Below, in pieces: positions 1-8,395 of a stretch of 17,422 bases of DNA. The stretch lies in IMG/VR virus record IMGVR_UViG_2667527582_000002. One strand, given 5' to 3'. Made by a program: the position numbers and the translations under genes. The notes under the pieces are model-generated. The model ran no database searches, had not been told where the DNA came from, and worked only from the letters and a program-made list of their open reading frames with translations. Every line of letters begins with the position of its first letter. The first letter of the stretch is position 1. The stretch is from a virus (taxonomy: Duplodnaviria; Heunggongvirae; Uroviricota; Caudoviricetes).

Positions 1-414
1 TCAGAAAAAGATGATATTGAATCGCCCATTGAAAAACTGGAGGGCAGCGTCGCTGATCTGAATAAAAAATTGTCGGTGCTGATTCCTTCTGAAGATGAAA
101 AAAAACGCCGCGATGAGCAGTTTGCGGCGTTTTACGATTATTGCATTGAAGTTACTCTCGCAGGAATTTTGTGAAGATTTTTGAGGAGGGTAAATCTCTT
201 CAGTAAGCTTAATGGCGGACGCTGCAATTAATTCAGGAAGGTCCGCAAGGTCATCTGTCAGTGGATATGATGAAAAATCGGCGGCAGTTCTGTTAAGAAG
301 CGCTTTAACTAATTCCTTTTCCTTCTCCGGCAACAAGTTGATTAGAGCTACGACTGCTTGCCTGAGTGCGATTAAATCAGCAAAAGTTTGTTTAGGTAGA
401 TTTGTGTAATCCAT
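1..414 (-). CDS. hypothetical protein, divergent from the lysis cassette; identity unknown
   Basis: Complete 137-codon ORF with ATG at 412-414 (minus strand) preceded by a GAGG Shine-Dalgarno 5 nt upstream. The N-terminal ~80 aa look like a genuine acidic, helical protein. The C-terminal ~55 aa are F/I/R-rich, low-complexity and lie antisense to a protein-like + strand reading frame (1-174), so the true extent is uncertain. Confidence 0.35.
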   Translation of the reverse strand: MDYTNLPKQTFADLIALRQAVVALINLLPEKEKELVKALLNRTAADFSSYPLTDDLADLPELIAASAIKLTEEIYPPQKSSQNSCESNFNAIIVKRRKLLIAAFFFIFRRNQHRQFFIQISDAALQFFNGRFNIIFF

Positions 415-527
415 AGTCGCCTCTGTGTTTATCAGATTGACATCCTCCTCCCGCCAGTGCCCATCACTGGTGAGGTAAGATTTAACATATCCGGGGATTT
501 GAAGCCGATAAATCCTGATAAATATCC

Positions 528-1555
<1,028 letters not shown>

Positions 1556-1806
1556 ATTAATATTAAATCGGATTATTTTTAGCGCTGAATGTGAAATTTA
1601 AATAAAAAGGACTCTTCCATGAGTCAAAATCCTTGAAATCTTAAGGGTAAGATAAAAGGTCATTAGACAGAATGACACGTTTTATTAATAAATAAAGCTA
1701 TTGTTTCATTCGTGTGTTTTTCTTTACAAAAGTAATCCTTGCTATGGTTGGTTAATCATGCGTTAATGGTGTTCTGGTTTGTTACAAAATTATCTGAAGC
1801 AGTCAT

Positions 1807-1815
1807 TGTTATAAT
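1807..1815 (+). promoter_or_regulatory. candidate sigma70 promoter for the cold-shock gene (extended -10 TGtTATAAT) with ~100-nt 5' UTR
   Basis: TGTTATAAT at 1807-1815 matches the extended -10 consensus. No good -35 at 17-bp spacing. Lies in a 360-bp AT-rich leader upstream of the csp start, consistent with the long 5' UTRs of CspA-family genes. Confidence 0.3.
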
Positions 1816-1918
1816 TTTATTATTTGTACCTCTTGAGATTTCCTTGTTGGTTTTTCTCTCTGATATTTTTTTTCGGACCATTCTGCCCAAGGGCTAACTT
1901 CTTCAAAAGGTAATAATG

Positions 1919-2131
1919 ATGTCTAACAAAATGACTGGTTTAGTGAAATGGTTTAACCCTGAAAAAGGTTTTGGTTTCATCACGCCGAAAGATGGTAGCA
2001 AAGATGTGTTTGTCCATTTCTCAGCTATTCAGAGCAACGATTTCAAAACGTTAACTGAGAATCAGGAAGTCGAATTTGGTATTGAGAACGGACCTAAAGG
2101 CCCCGCGGCTGTTCATGTTGTGGCACTTTGA
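1919..2131 (+). CDS. cspI: CspA-family cold-shock protein (prophage-borne, CspI-like)
   Basis: 70 aa, [23 protein letters not shown]...VHFSAI with RNP1 (KGFGFI) and RNP2 (VFVHF) motifs. Position directly downstream of the R/Rz lysis genes matches the Qin-prophage arrangement. ATG 1916 is an alternative start. Confidence 0.85.
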   Translation: MSNKMTGLVKWFNPEKGFGFITPKDGSKDVFVHFSAIQSNDFKTLTENQEVEFGIENGPKGPAAVHVVAL

Positions 2132-2330
2132 GGTAGAAAATATTACAAACCATATTCACTTTAGATGCCCGTGTTGCCATGGTTCTCAGTATAGAACATC
2201 ATCTTTTGATGTTTCTGACAGGAATCCTTTCGGGGCAAAATGTATCTTTTGTAAATCAATGATGATTACATTTGATAATATTTCACAATACTTAAATGTT
2301 AGCCGTCTATCGTTAGATTTAAGAAAGTGA
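2115..2330 (+). CDS. small Cys-rich zinc-ribbon-like protein (possibly YnfQ/YmcF-like, from memory only), overlapping the 3' end of the csp gene
   Basis: ORF in another frame overlapping the last 17 nt of the csp gene. Motif C-P-C-C-H...(x21)...C-x2-C ([10 protein letters not shown]...AKCIFCK) suggests a metal-binding ribbon. No obvious Shine-Dalgarno, so translational coupling is possible. Followed directly by a terminator. Confidence 0.45.
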   Translation: MLWHFEVENITNHIHFRCPCCHGSQYRTSSFDVSDRNPFGAKCIFCKSMMITFDNISQYLNVSRLSLDLRK

Positions 2331-2335
2331 AAATG

Positions 2336-2358
2336 AAGGCTCCTTCGGGAGCTTTTTT
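2336..2358 (+). terminator. rho-independent terminator (GCTCC-UUCG-GGAGC + U6)
   Basis: Perfect 5-bp GC stem (extendable by A-U and G-U pairs) with a UUCG tetraloop, followed by TTTTTT. Lies 6 nt after the stop of the mini-ORF. Confidence 0.6.
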
Positions 2359-2478
2359 GCTTAGTGTCTAGTCGATGGATACTCACATATTACGGTAACA
2401 TTATGAAAAAAAATAATAGTTTTTTTTAACTCTGAACCAGCAATGGTAGTGCCAGTGATGACCGGAGTTAACACCATC

Positions 2479-2634
2479 ATGCGTGAATATCCAAATGGCG
2501 AAACAACACACCTCACTGTAATGGCTGCAGGGTTTCCATCTCTGACCGGAGATCATAAAGTCATTTATGTAGCAGCGGATCGACATGTAACTTCAGAAGA
2601 AATTCTGGAAGCAGCAATGAGACTCTTGAATTGA
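2479..2634 (+). CDS. small prophage protein (51 aa), YnfN-like by position
   Basis: ORF MREYPNGETTHLTVMAAGFPSLTGDHKVIYVAADRHVTSEEILEAAMRLLN. Sits between the csp and gns genes as ynfN does in Qin. Start chosen as the third in-frame ATG; ATG 2443 and 2458 are alternatives. No independent motif evidence. Confidence 0.45.
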   Translation: MREYPNGETTHLTVMAAGFPSLTGDHKVIYVAADRHVTSEEILEAAMRLLN

Positions 2635-2751
2635 TTTGATTCTAATGCATTGATAATAAATGATAATCATCTTTATCTGTTTGTGTGAAATTTAGACCGT
2701 CGTATGTTGATTATTGCGATGTTTCATCTTATCTTTTATACGTTTGCTCCA

Positions 2752-2757
2752 TATAAT
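2752..2757 (+). promoter_or_regulatory. candidate -10 hexamer (TATAAT) upstream of the gns-like gene
   Basis: Perfect TATAAT about 50 nt upstream of the gns-like start. No convincing -35. Confidence 0.25.
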
Positions 2758-2806
2758 TGACACTACTGTGTACCAGGAAAGTCATAACAGACTAAAAGAG
2801 GAAATG

Positions 2807-2980
2807 ATGAACATTGAAGAGTTAAAAACAAAAACAGAAGCAGATATTTCTGAATATATAACAAAAAAAATCATTGAGCTTAAGAAAAAGACCGGGAAAG
2901 AAGTTACCAGTATCCAGTTTACTGCACGGGAAAAAATGACTGGTCTTGAAAGCTATGATATCAAGATTGATTTAATCTAG
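2807..2980 (+). CDS. gnsB: GnsA/GnsB-family small protein (prophage GnsB-like)
   Basis: 57 aa, MNIEELKTKTEADISEYITKKIIELKKKTGKEV...FTAREKMTGLESYDIKIDLI, recognisably the Gns family. Strong Shine-Dalgarno (AGAGGA) 4-7 nt upstream. Confidence 0.75.
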   Translation: MNIEELKTKTEADISEYITKKIIELKKKTGKEVTSIQFTAREKMTGLESYDIKIDLI

Positions 2981-3040
2981 TCTGTTTAGTATTAGCATCA
3001 ATTTCTCATCAGATGCTATTCAACAATACAAATTACCCAT

Positions 3041-3066
3041 AAACCTCGTTTTTACGGGGTTTTGTT
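3041..3066 (+). terminator. probable rho-independent terminator after the gns-like gene
   Basis: Stem CCUCG/CGGGG (one G-U pair), 6-nt loop, followed by TTTTGTTATATTT. Confidence 0.4.
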
Positions 3067-3273
3067 ATATTTAAACATTACCGAATAGGTATAAATCTCG
3101 ATTGTCGATGGTATTGGTTGTGTGACAATACCTAGTCTTTCCGGTATGCCTGAAGAGAATACAAACGACAGATTATGTAAGGGAAACGCGCTGAATCTTT
3201 AACTCTTTCATGCTGAGTGATTTGACGTTATATTTTTAGCCGTAAGTGAAGAGCAAACGCATGGAGCGACAAA

Positions 3274-3480
3274 ATGCATAAAGATCAATACACTGATGCC
3301 CCCTCCCAGGAGCAGGTTCGTGTAAAAACTATGCTTAATAGCACCATTTCGATGGGTTACCCGGATGTTGTAATTGCATGTATAGAACATCAAGTGTCTC
3401 TGGAAGCATTCAGGGCAATTGAGGCCGCGTTAGTAAAGCACGATAAGAATACGAAGGATTATTCCCTGGTGGTTGACTGA
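3274..3480 (+). CDS. hypothetical small protein (68 aa), orphan moron ORF just upstream of cos
   Basis: ATG preceded by GGAG 8 nt upstream. The translation ([18 protein letters not shown]...) is not low-complexity. No recognisable motif. Confidence 0.4.
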   Translation: MHKDQYTDAPSQEQVRVKTMLNSTISMGYPDVVIACIEHQVSLEAFRAIEAALVKHDKNTKDYSLVVD

Positions 3481-3834
3481 TCACCATAACTGCTAACCAT
3501 TCTGACCATTTCACAAGTGACAGAGTCAATATCGTATTCTGTCACTGTCAGGCTAATACAGCAATGCAATTCAACTACAGCAATGCCTCGTATTTAGGTG
3601 AATTTACAATATCGTCCAGTTCGGATGCCGGCTGCATTTCTGAAGATAAGGCATTTCGGTTCTCGTATTTTCCCCTCATGCTCGTCAGTCCTGCGCGTAG
3701 TAAGAAACAGGACACTCACACTAATTTGTGTGGGCATGCTGTGATGTCCTTCTGAATTATCCCCATGCCATTATGTAAAGCTCTGTTTCAGATGCTCGTC
3801 ACGGTTGTCAGGCTGTCGGGTCCTCCCAGTGGGG

Positions 3835-3870
3835 GTCCCTGCCACGGGGCGGGAGCGTCGCGGAAAAAGG
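3835..3870. other. putative cos site (cosN-like cohesive-end sequence), about 185 bp upstream of the small-terminase start
   Basis: CACGGGGCGGGAGCGTCGCGG at 3843-3863 resembles the lambda cos junction as I recall it (TACG-GGGCGGCGACCT-CGCGG). That gives a putative 12-nt cohesive end GGGCGGGAGCGT at 3847-3858 with 9/12 identity. The downstream ~170 bp is AT-rich, like cosB, and its distance to Nu1 matches lambda. Confidence 0.5.
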
Positions 3871-4042
3871 CTAGTTTTTGCATTTCCATGGCGGCGGCAG
3901 CATGTTTGGTAATTTATTGATAATTAAAAGTTATTTCTCTTTTCAGCTGTACAATATTTTTTTCTCCCTGTCATTAGACTAGTTTGCAATTAATTGAAAT
4001 ATATAAATAAACCTGATTTTCACCTGCCAGATGGAGTTGCTT

Positions 4043-4570
4043 ATGTCAAATGTGAGCGGGATCGGTGATGCTTATTACTGGAGTGTTTTTAAAATCGCCG
4101 AGGCCTTTGGGCTTCACTGGGACACAGTAAAAAAACGGCTCCTCGCGGCCAACACTCCTGTGGCTGCGACTGTCAGGGGGAACCCCGTTTACGCCCTGCA
4201 GCATGTCGGGCCTGCCCTGTTTAGTGTGAAGCATGAGGCAGCAGACTCTGTTCATGATCCATCCCGTATGGAGCCGAAAGAGAGAAAGGACTGGTACCAG
4301 TCGGAAAATGAAAGGATCAAGCTGGAAAAGGAGCAGCGAAAACTCATCCCCGTTGATGAAGTAGTCATCGTCTATTCGTCCATGAGAAAGGCTGTCGTCC
4401 AGGTTCTGGAGACAATTCCGGATGTTCTTGAACGCGATTGCGCCCTGACTCCTCAGGCCGTTGGCGTTGTACAGCAGGCCATTGATGACCTGCGATACAC
4501 TCTTCAGGAAAAATCCTACGAGGCTTGTGCTGCTGAATTAATTCCTGATGAGGAAGGAGAGAGTCTCTAG
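4043..4570 (+). CDS. terminase small subunit (lambda Nu1-like; NohA/NohD-type)
   Basis: Lies immediately upstream of the large terminase and downstream of the cos-like sequence. Start at ATG 4043 with GGAG 6 nt upstream. The N-terminal HTH-type assignment and the Nu1 family call rest on position and recalled similarity, with no conserved motif checked. Confidence 0.75.
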   Translation: MSNVSGIGDAYYWSVFKIAEAFGLHWDTVKKRLLAANTPVAATVRGNPVYALQHVGPALFSVKHEAADSVHDPSRMEPKERKDWYQSENERIKLEKEQRKLIPVDEVVIVYSSMRKAVVQVLETIPDVLERDCALTPQAVGVVQQAIDDLRYTLQEKSYEACAAELIPDEEGESL

Positions 4571-4578
4571 GAGGAATA

Positions 4579-6678
4579 ATGGGTTTTTCATCAGCCCGAA
4601 ATTTGGGAAGGGACATATCGGCAGGATTTTCCCCACCACGTCGCATGCCGATTTCGGAGGCTGTTAAAAAATTCATGCGTGTTCCCAAGGGGGCTGGTAA
4701 CTCGGTGCCATGGGATCCTGAACTGACACCCTACATCATTGAGCCCATGAACTGCCTGGCATCGCGTGAATACGATGCGGTGATTTTTGTTGGTCCTGCG
4801 CGAACAGGGAAGACCATTGGTCTGATCGATGGATGGATTGTCTATACCATCGTTTGCGATCCTTCGGACATGCTCGTTGTGCAGATGACCGAAGATAAGG
4901 CCCGCGAGCATTCAAAAAAGCGCCTCGACAGAACGTTCAGAAGCAGTGCGGCGGTAAAGAAAAGAATGAGTCCACGTCGTAATGACAATAATGTCCATGA
5001 TAAGACGTTCAGGGATGGCTCGTTCCTTAAAATTGGTTGGCCCTCGGTCAACATTATGTCGTCGTCGGATTACCGGTTTGTCGCCTTAACCGATTACGAC
5101 CGTTTTCCGGAGAATATCGACAGCGAGGGTGATGGTTTCTCCCTGGCCTCAAAACGTACCACCACATTTATGTCCGCCGGGATGACTCTGGTGGAGAGCT
5201 CGCCGGGACGTGACATCTGCGACAGCAAATGGCGACGTAAGTCGCCTCATGAAGCGCCACCGACGACTGGTATTCTTTCCCTTTACAATCGTGGTGACCG
5301 CCGCCGCTGGTACTGGCCATGTCCGCACTGCGGTGAATATTTTCAGCCAGCCATGGATGCCATGACCGGCTACCGTAATGAACCGGATCCCTTTAAAGCC
5401 AGTGAGGCGGCGTATCTACTTTGCCCGCACTGCAGCGGCATTATCACGGCGGAGAAAAAGCGTGAGCTCAATAGTGCAGGAGTCTGGTTGCGTGAAGGTC
5501 AGGTCATTGATTGTAACGGCAACGTTTCCGGTGAACCGCGCCGCTCCCGTATCGCCAGTTTCTGGATGGAAGGGCCAGCTGCTGCGTATCAGACCTGGGC
5601 GCAACTGGTTTACAAATTACTGACTGCAGAACAGGAGTATGAAGCGACAGGAAGTGAAGAAACACTCAGGGCGGTTATCAACACCGACTGGGGATTACCT
5701 TATCTTCCCCGCGCCAGCATGGAGCAACGAAAAAGTGAACTGCTTGAGCAGCGGGCAGAGCCAGTTCCTTCCCGCAGTGTGCCGGATGGCGTTAATTTTC
5801 TTGTGGCGACAGTGGATGTGCAGGCGGGACGTCATCGCCGTTTTGTGGTTCAGGTAACGGGCTATGGCAGCCGTGGCGAACGCTGGATTATTGATCGTTA
5901 CAACATCACGCAGTCATTGCGCGGTGACAGCGACGGGGAGAGCCAGCGAATTGATCCGGCCAGCTATCCGGAAGACTGGGATGTCCTGCTGACGGATGTT
6001 TTTCATAAAAGCTGGCCGCTGGCCTCCGATCCTTCTCAACAAATGCGACTGATGGCAATGGCGGTGGACTCCGGCGGTGAAGACGGGGTCACTGATAATG
6101 CCTATAAATTCTGGCGTCGTTGCCGTCGTGATGGCCTTGGTAAACGTATTTACCTGTTTAAGGGCGACAGCATCCGGCGCGCAAAACTGATCACCCGTAC
6201 ATTCCCTGATAACACCGGACGAACGGGCCGACGGGCGCAGGCCGCAGGTGATGTGCCGCTCTGGCTTCTTCAGACGGATGCACTGAAAGACCGGGTGAAT
6301 AACGCGTTATGGCGTGACTCGCCAGGTCCCGGCTATGTGCATTTCCCTGACTGGCTGGGGAGCTGGTTTTACGACGAACTGACGTATGAAGAGCGGAGCA
6401 GTGACGGGAAATGGAGTAAGCCGGGTCGCGGTGCCAACGAAGCTTTTGACCTGATGGTGTATGCCGAGGCTCTGGTCATTCTGCATGGATACGAAAAGAT
6501 CCGCTGGCCGGATGCACCGGAGTGGGCGAGCCGGGAAACCTGGCTGGAGTGTGTCCCGGACAGTACCGAACCGTCATCCTCACCGGAACCGGTATCCACG
6601 CCTGTTAAAAAACAAAAACGGAAGAAAACAGTAACTGACGATGTTAACCCCTGGCTGACTTCCGGAGGATGGTTATGA
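4579..6678 (+). CDS. terminase large subunit (lambda gpA-like)
   Basis: 699 aa, AGGAGG 6 nt upstream of the ATG. Walker A motif VGPARTGKT, and a CPHCG motif as in lambda gpA. Position is between Nu1-like and W/portal genes. Confidence 0.92.
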   Translation: MGFSSARNLGRDISAGFSPPRRMPISEAVKKFMRVPKGAGNSVPWDPELTPYIIEPMNCLASREYDAVIFVGPARTGKTIGLIDGWIVYTIVCDPSDMLVVQMTEDKAREHSKKRLDRTFRSSAAVKKRMSPRRNDNNVHDKTFRDGSFLKIGWPSVNIMSSSDYRFVALTDYDRFPENIDSEGDGFSLASKRTTTFMSAGMTLVESSPGRDICDSKWRRKSPHEAPPTTGILSLYNRGDRRRWYWPCPHCGEYFQPAMDAMTGYRNEPDPFKASEAAYLLCPHCSGIITAEKKRELNSAGVWLREGQVIDCNGNVSGEPRRSRIASFWMEGPAAAYQTWAQLVYKLLTAEQEYEATGSEETLRAVINTDWGLPYLPRASMEQRKSELLEQRAEPVPSRSVPDGVNFLVATVDVQAGRHRRFVVQVTGYGSRGERWIIDRYNITQSLRGDSDGESQRIDPASYPEDWDVLLTDVFHKSWPLASDPSQQMRLMAMAVDSGGEDGVTDNAYKFWRRCRRDGLGKRIYLFKGDSIRRAKLITRTFPDNTGRTGRRAQAAGDVPLWLLQTDALKDRVNNALWRDSPGPGYVHFPDWLGSWFYDELTYEERSSDGKWSKPGRGANEAFDLMVYAEALVILHGYEKIRWPDAPEWASRETWLECVPDSTEPSSSPEPVSTPVKKQKRKKTVTDDVNPWLTSGGWL

Positions 6679-6887
6679 ACCAGAATGATATCGAAGCCAT
6701 GATTCAGCGTTATACGGAAGCTGAAATGGCGGTGCTGGACGGAAAATCCGTCACCTTTAATGGTCAGCAGATGACCATGGAAAACTTATCTGAGATCCGG
6801 CAGGGACGGCAGGAGTGGGAGCGCCGCCTTGCGGCTCTGATTACACGACGACGGGGGCATCCCGGGTATCGGCTGGCGAGGTTCTGA
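6675..6887 (+). CDS. head-tail joining protein (lambda gpW-like)
   Basis: 70 aa. Start ATG overlaps the terminase stop (ATGA), with GGAGG 6 nt upstream. C-terminus ITRRRGHPGYRLARF resembles the lambda W C-terminus (QRRRGPAGF). Confidence 0.7.
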   Translation: MNQNDIEAMIQRYTEAEMAVLDGKSVTFNGQQMTMENLSEIRQGRQEWERRLAALITRRRGHPGYRLARF

Positions 6888-8395
6888 TGGCAATTCTTGA
6901 TGATGTGATTGGCGTTTTTTCACCAGGATGGAAAGCGGCAAGGCTGCGTTCCCGTGCGGTGATCCAGGCTTATGAGGCCGTAAAAACGACGCGGACACAC
7001 AAAGCCCGACGGGAGAACCGAACTGCCGACCAGTTAAGCCAGTACGGGGCCGTGTCGTTACGTGAGCAGGCCCGTTACCTTGATAACAACCACGATCTGG
7101 TTATTGGTGTATTTGACAAGCTGGAAGAACGGGTGGTGGGGAAAAACGGGATTATTGTCGAGCCACATCCGGTATTACGCAATGGGGCCATTGCCCGTGA
7201 CCTGGCTGCGGAGATTCGCACCCGATGGAGTGAATGGTCTGTCAGCCCGGAAGTCACCGGGCAGTTTACCCGTCCGATGCTGGAACGTCTGATGCTTCGT
7301 ACCTGGCTGCGCGATGGTGAGGTGTTTGCCCAGATGGTTTCCGGGCGCATAAACAGCCTGACGCCTTCTGCCGGTGTTCATTTCTGGCTGGAGGCGCTCG
7401 AGCCGGACTTTATTCCCATGACCAGTGATGAGAGCAACAGGCTGAATCAGGGCGTGTTTGTTGATGACTGGGGGCGTCCCGAAAAATATCTGGTGTATAA
7501 AAGCCGTCCCGTATCCGGACGGCAGATGGAAACCAAAGAAGTGGATGCAGAGCGAATGCTGCATCTTAAATTTGTTCGCCGTCTGCACCAGATGCGCGGG
7601 ACGTCTTTATTGTCCGGTGTGCTGATCCGCCTCAGTGCTCTGAAAGAGTATGAAGATTCTGAGCTGACTGCAGCAAGGATCGCCGCTGCTCTGGGGATGT
7701 ACATCCGGAAAGGCGACGGGCAGAGCTATGAAGCGGATGGTAATGGCAGCAAGGATAAGGAACGCGAGCTTACCATTCAGCCAGGCATTATTTACGATGA
7801 TCTGAAACCCGGCGAAGAAATCGGAATGGTGAAGTCGGATCGCCCCAATCCTAACCTTGAAACTTTTCGTAATGGTCAGTTGCGTGCCGTGGCGGCGGGC
7901 AGTCGTCTGAGTTTTTCCAGTACAGCGCGCAACTATAACGGCACTTACAGCGCCCAGCGTCAGGAGCTGGTTGAATCCACTGATGGCTACCTGATCCTGC
8001 AGGACTGGTTTATTGGTGCCGTCACCCGTCCGATGTATCGTGCCTGGCTGAAACAGGCTGTGGCATCCGGTGTTATCAGGCTACCCCGCGATCTTGACCG
8101 TTCTTCACTGTATACCGCGGTGTATTCCGGACCGGTGATGCCGTGGATTGACCCTGTTAAGGAGGCTGAGGCCTGGAAAATCCAGATTCGTGGTGGAGCG
8201 GCGACAGAATCAGACTGGGTACGTGCTGGTGGTCGTAATCCGGATGATGTCAAACGTCGGCGCAAGGCCGAAATTGATGAAAACCGCAAGCTGGATCTGG
8301 TATTTGATACCGATCCGGCCAGTGATAAAGGAGGCAGCAGTGCCGCAACGAAACGACATGAGCCGCAGCACACCGACGACCAGTCCGAAGAATAA
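6887..8395 (+). CDS. portal protein (lambda gpB-like)
   Basis: 502 aa. ATG overlaps the W stop (TGATG). Size and position between W and the protease/capsid gene fit the lambda-type portal. The ORF-track extension to 6815 is upstream of the likely start. Confidence 0.88.
   Translation: MAILDDVIGVFSPGWKAARLRSRAVIQAYEAVKTTRTHKARRENRTADQLSQYGAVSLREQARYLDNNHDLVIGVFDKLEERVVGKNGIIVEPHPVLRNGAIARDLAAEIRTRWSEWSVSPEVTGQFTRPMLERLMLRTWLRDGEVFAQMVSGRINSLTPSAGVHFWLEALEPDFIPMTSDESNRLNQGVFVDDWGRPEKYLVYKSRPVSGRQMETKEVDAERMLHLKFVRRLHQMRGTSLLSGVLIRLSALKEYEDSELTAARIAAALGMYIRKGDGQSYEADGNGSKDKERELTIQPGIIYDDLKPGEEIGMVKSDRPNPNLETFRNGQLRAVAAGSRLSFSSTARNYNGTYSAQRQELVESTDGYLILQDWFIGAVTRPMYRAWLKQAVASGVIRLPRDLDRSSLYTAVYSGPVMPWIDPVKEAEAWKIQIRGGAATESDWVRAGGRNPDDVKRRRKAEIDENRKLDLVFDTDPASDKGGSSAATKRHEPQHTDDQSEE

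Noticed and set aside
212-409. 65-aa + strand ORF (MADAAINSGRSARSS...)
   Set aside because: Ser/Ala-rich, low-complexity translation lying antisense to the better-supported N-terminal part of the minus-strand ORF, with no Shine-Dalgarno. Most likely a frame artefact.
2186-2586. Minus-strand ORFs of 66 and 61 aa in the moron island
   Set aside because: They overlap the better-supported + strand small genes and terminator, and have no Shine-Dalgarno.
3516-3546. 9-bp perfect inverted repeat AGTGACAGA / TCTGTCACT with a 13-bp spacer, and a 9-bp direct repeat TGTCAGGCT (3545 and 3806)
   Set aside because: Repeats of this length are expected by chance about once in a 17 kb window, and there is no supporting context such as an adjacent regulator gene. 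Could be an operator or hairpin but evidence is insufficient.
3564-3755. 63-aa + strand ORF upstream of cos
   Set aside because: No ribosome-binding site, Ser/Cys-rich odd composition, and it lies in what is probably non-coding DNA leading into cos. Kept as non-coding.
8148-8339. ORF-track extension of the capsid-fusion frame back into the portal gene, and the similar 6815 extension of the portal frame
   Set aside because: The upstream parts overlap the preceding gene in another frame. Start codons with a Shine-Dalgarno (GTG 8340 or ATG 8358; ATG 6887) lie at the gene junctions.
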